24,000 bases of DNA from Syntrophomonadaceae bacterium (lineage in GTDB: Bacteria; Bacillota; Syntrophomonadia; Syntrophomonadales; Syntrophomonadaceae), in NCBI GenBank assembly GCA_963665865.2, contig CAXXWF010000001.1, positions 3,299,077 to 3,323,076 on the forward strand, given 5' to 3'. The notes below the pieces were generated by a model that ran no database searches, was not told the DNA's origin, and was given only the letters and a program-made list of their open reading frames with translations. The stretch's first letter is position 1. The number at the start of each line of letters is the position of its first letter. A program made the translations under genes and the position numbers. Positions 22,863 through 24,000 of the stretch are shown here, in pieces.

Positions 22863-23519
22863 TTAGCTTGGGAAGCTATCTTCCGTTGCTTCAGACTTGG
22901 TATTTTCCTTTTGGGCAGCTTTTAAAGCTGCCAGCTCAGCCTCGAGCTCGGCTTCACGACCGCCTTTTCTCTTACTGCGCCTATTGCGCGCTACCACATC
23001 ATAAACTATAAACAGGCAAAGCGGGGTTACCACAAATATCAGCATGCCTATAGGAGTCTGCAGGAACATGGCAAACCTGCCTACGCCGCCAGCCCGCCCC
23101 AGGTATATGCCCTCTAATGTATCAGCCTTTACCGCGGCGGCGTCAGCACCGGTATTGGCATCCCCTTTGGTTAAGAATGATATGTTGCCATTATCATTTA
23201 ATATATCGGTTACTCTATGTGTTATTACAGTATTCTTATCGGATCTAAAAGTGATAATATCGTTCTTAGCAACCTTATCTGCAGTAATCTCCTTGGTCAG
23301 CACAATATCTCCGGTCAAGATGGTTGGCTCCATTGAGCCAGATAAGACAATAAAGGGCTTATAGCCCATAAAGTCTGGTACCTTATCCGGGTAGAGGTAA
23401 GACTTAACAATCATGGTTCCATTAACGACAATAATCAAGGTTAGAAAAATACATACTGCAATACCAACGATGTTTAAAGTCTTTCTAAAAGTTGTGCTTT
23501 CGGATGTCCCATCTGCCAT
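22863..23519 (-). CDS. Signal peptidase I, SipW/ER-archaeal type (first copy, long form with charged C-terminal tail)
   Basis: 218 aa with GGAGGCGG RBS. N-terminal TM, Ser box LSGSMEPTILTGDIVLTKE, His box ITHRVTDI, and TKGDANTGAD. After a C-terminal TM comes a 45-aa cytoplasmic tail, RNRRSKRKGGREAELEAELAALKAAQKENTKSEATEDSFPS. Confidence 0.88.
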   Translation of the reverse strand: MADGTSESTTFRKTLNIVGIAVCIFLTLIIVVNGTMIVKSYLYPDKVPDFMGYKPFIVLSGSMEPTILTGDIVLTKEITADKVAKNDIITFRSDKNTVITHRVTDILNDNGNISFLTKGDANTGADAAAVKADTLEGIYLGRAGGVGRFAMFLQTPIGMLIFVVTPLCLFIVYDVVARNRRSKRKGGREAELEAELAALKAAQKENTKSEATEDSFPS

Positions 23520-23552
23520 TTAGTCCGCCTCCATATTTTGCAAATTAAGCCC

Positions 23553-23579
23553 AAAAAGCCACCACATAAATGTAGTGGC
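23553..23579 (-). terminator. Intrinsic terminator forming the expression platform of the c-di-GMP-II riboswitch
   Basis: On the minus strand: GCCACUACA (23579-23571), loop UUUA, UGUGGUGGC (23566-23558), then UUUUU (23557-23553). The stem is 9 bp with one G-U. The left arm includes the CCAC that forms the aptamer P1 3' strand. Confidence 0.75.
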
Positions 23580-23643
23580 CGGTTGCGTCTCAAGCTACTG
23601 TAGGTCAGACGCCCAATTTACGCCCACAGATCATCGCTTCCAC
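23575..23643 (-). promoter_or_regulatory. c-di-GMP-II riboswitch aptamer in the operon leader
   Basis: The minus strand reads GUGGAAGCGAUGAUCUGUGGGCGUAAAUUGGGCGUCUGACCUACAGUAGCUUGAGACGCAACCGGCCAC. I recall the C. acetobutylicum class-II aptamer as ...GGAAACAAUGAUGAAUGGGUUUAAAUUGGGCACUUGAC...GUGCAACCGACCGUGC. The two share GGAA.C.AUGAU, UGGG..UAAAUUGGGC, a closing helix (GCGUCU/AGACGC here) and GCAACCG.CC. Confidence 0.82.
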
Positions 23644-23671
23644 ATTAATATCCTATTATTCTACCTAATAT

Positions 23672-23700
23672 ATAATGCCTTGCTTTGCAAAATATGTCAA
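23672..23700 (-). promoter_or_regulatory. Sigma-A-type promoter of the sipW/TasA-like/GLUG operon
   Basis: On the minus strand: TTGACA (23700-23695), 17 nt, CATTAT (23677-23672). Overlapping TATATA/TATATT alternatives exist. The aptamer starts about 25 nt downstream. Confidence 0.55.
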
Positions 23701-23721
23701 TCTATTATTGGTTTTTGGGAT

Positions 23722-23747
23722 GAGACAGGGGACGGTTCTGCTGCCTC
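23722..23747. repeat. Copy 3 of the conserved-loop hairpin family, just downstream of the REC-domain gene
   Basis: GAGACA-GGGGACGGTTCTGC-TGCCTC. Compare GAGGCA-GGGGGCGGTTCTGG-TGCCTC at 10963-10988 and GAGGCA-CGGGGCCGGTTCTAG-TGCCTC at 10085-10111. The stem mismatch becomes a G-U pair only in the minus-strand transcript. Confidence 0.6.
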
Positions 23748-23772
23748 CTTGCTCTGCACAATTCCCCTTCTT

Positions 23773-24000
23773 TTATTGTAAACATTTTTTCAGCCTATCC
23801 CTCTCTACCGGGCAGAGTAAATAGCCATATGCCCCGATTTCATGTGCATCCAATGCATAATTTCTATTATCGGAAATAAAAACAATCCGAATGTCGGGGT
23901 TCGTCTTTATCGCCCGGGCGGTTTTAAGCCCCGGTATTTGATCGTGTCCCAAACGAATAAAGCACCAATGAGGCGGGAACTTCCAGGTTCGTTTAATAAA
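23773..24000 (-). CDS. Receiver (REC) domain protein, C-terminal 75 codons only; N-terminus lies outside the window
   Basis: Absent from the ORF track (edge-truncated). My translation is FIKRTWKFPPHWCFIRLGHDQIPGLKTARAIKTNPDIRIVFISDNRNYALDAHEIGAYGYLLCPVERDRLKKCLQ*. This matches the beta3-alpha5 part of CheY-like receivers (xxDxxMPGxxGLELxxxIK...IIFxTAxxxYALxAxxxGAxxYLLKP). Confidence 0.6.
   Translation of the reverse strand, partial: FIKRTWKFPPHWCFIRLGHDQIPGLKTARAIKTNPDIRIVFISDNRNYALDAHEIGAYGYLLCPVERDRLKKCLQ

Noticed and set aside
23575-23781. 68-aa plus-strand ORF upstream of the operon
   Set aside because: It lies antisense to the c-di-GMP-II riboswitch, the promoter and the hairpin repeat. 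It has no RBS. The region is better explained by regulatory RNA.

Overview
This looks like a chromosomal segment from a Gram-positive, Clostridia-like Bacillota genome. That call is inferred from SLH domains, copper-amine-oxidase-like stalk repeats, a DUF1659/DUF2922 gene pair and a ComK-like gene. No rRNA, tRNA, CRISPR array, transposase or integrase was seen. The left part (1-14 kb) is cell-envelope housekeeping: a truncated polyprenyl-phosphate sugar transferase, an ECF sigma/anti-sigma pair with an ECF-type promoter, an amidase plus SLH-anchored S8 protease operon, and galE. It also holds two tiny DUF genes with a heavily structured 3' region, a ComK-like gene, a VanZ-like gene and a CorC/HlyC-type gene. 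The right part (14.1-23.7 kb) is the interesting locus. It is an eight-gene minus-strand operon with two SipW-type (ER/archaeal-type S26) signal peptidases. It also encodes at least four TasA/BsaA/camelysin-like paralogues, one of them fused to a membrane anchor and a CarboxypepD_reg-like domain, plus a further 268-aa secreted protein of uncertain relationship. The last gene is a GLUG-repeat protein of about 1055 aa whose 3' end is broken by a 1-nt frameshift. The operon leader matches a c-di-GMP-II riboswitch whose P1 3' strand overlaps an intrinsic terminator, which predicts an ON switch. The far end of the locus is bracketed by a c-di-GMP-I (GEMM-I) riboswitch driving a convergent 92-aa orphan ORF. 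I read this as a c-di-GMP-gated, multi-subunit TasA-like fibre/adhesin system of a composition I do not know to be described. All family assignments come from motif recognition by eye and need profile or structure searches.
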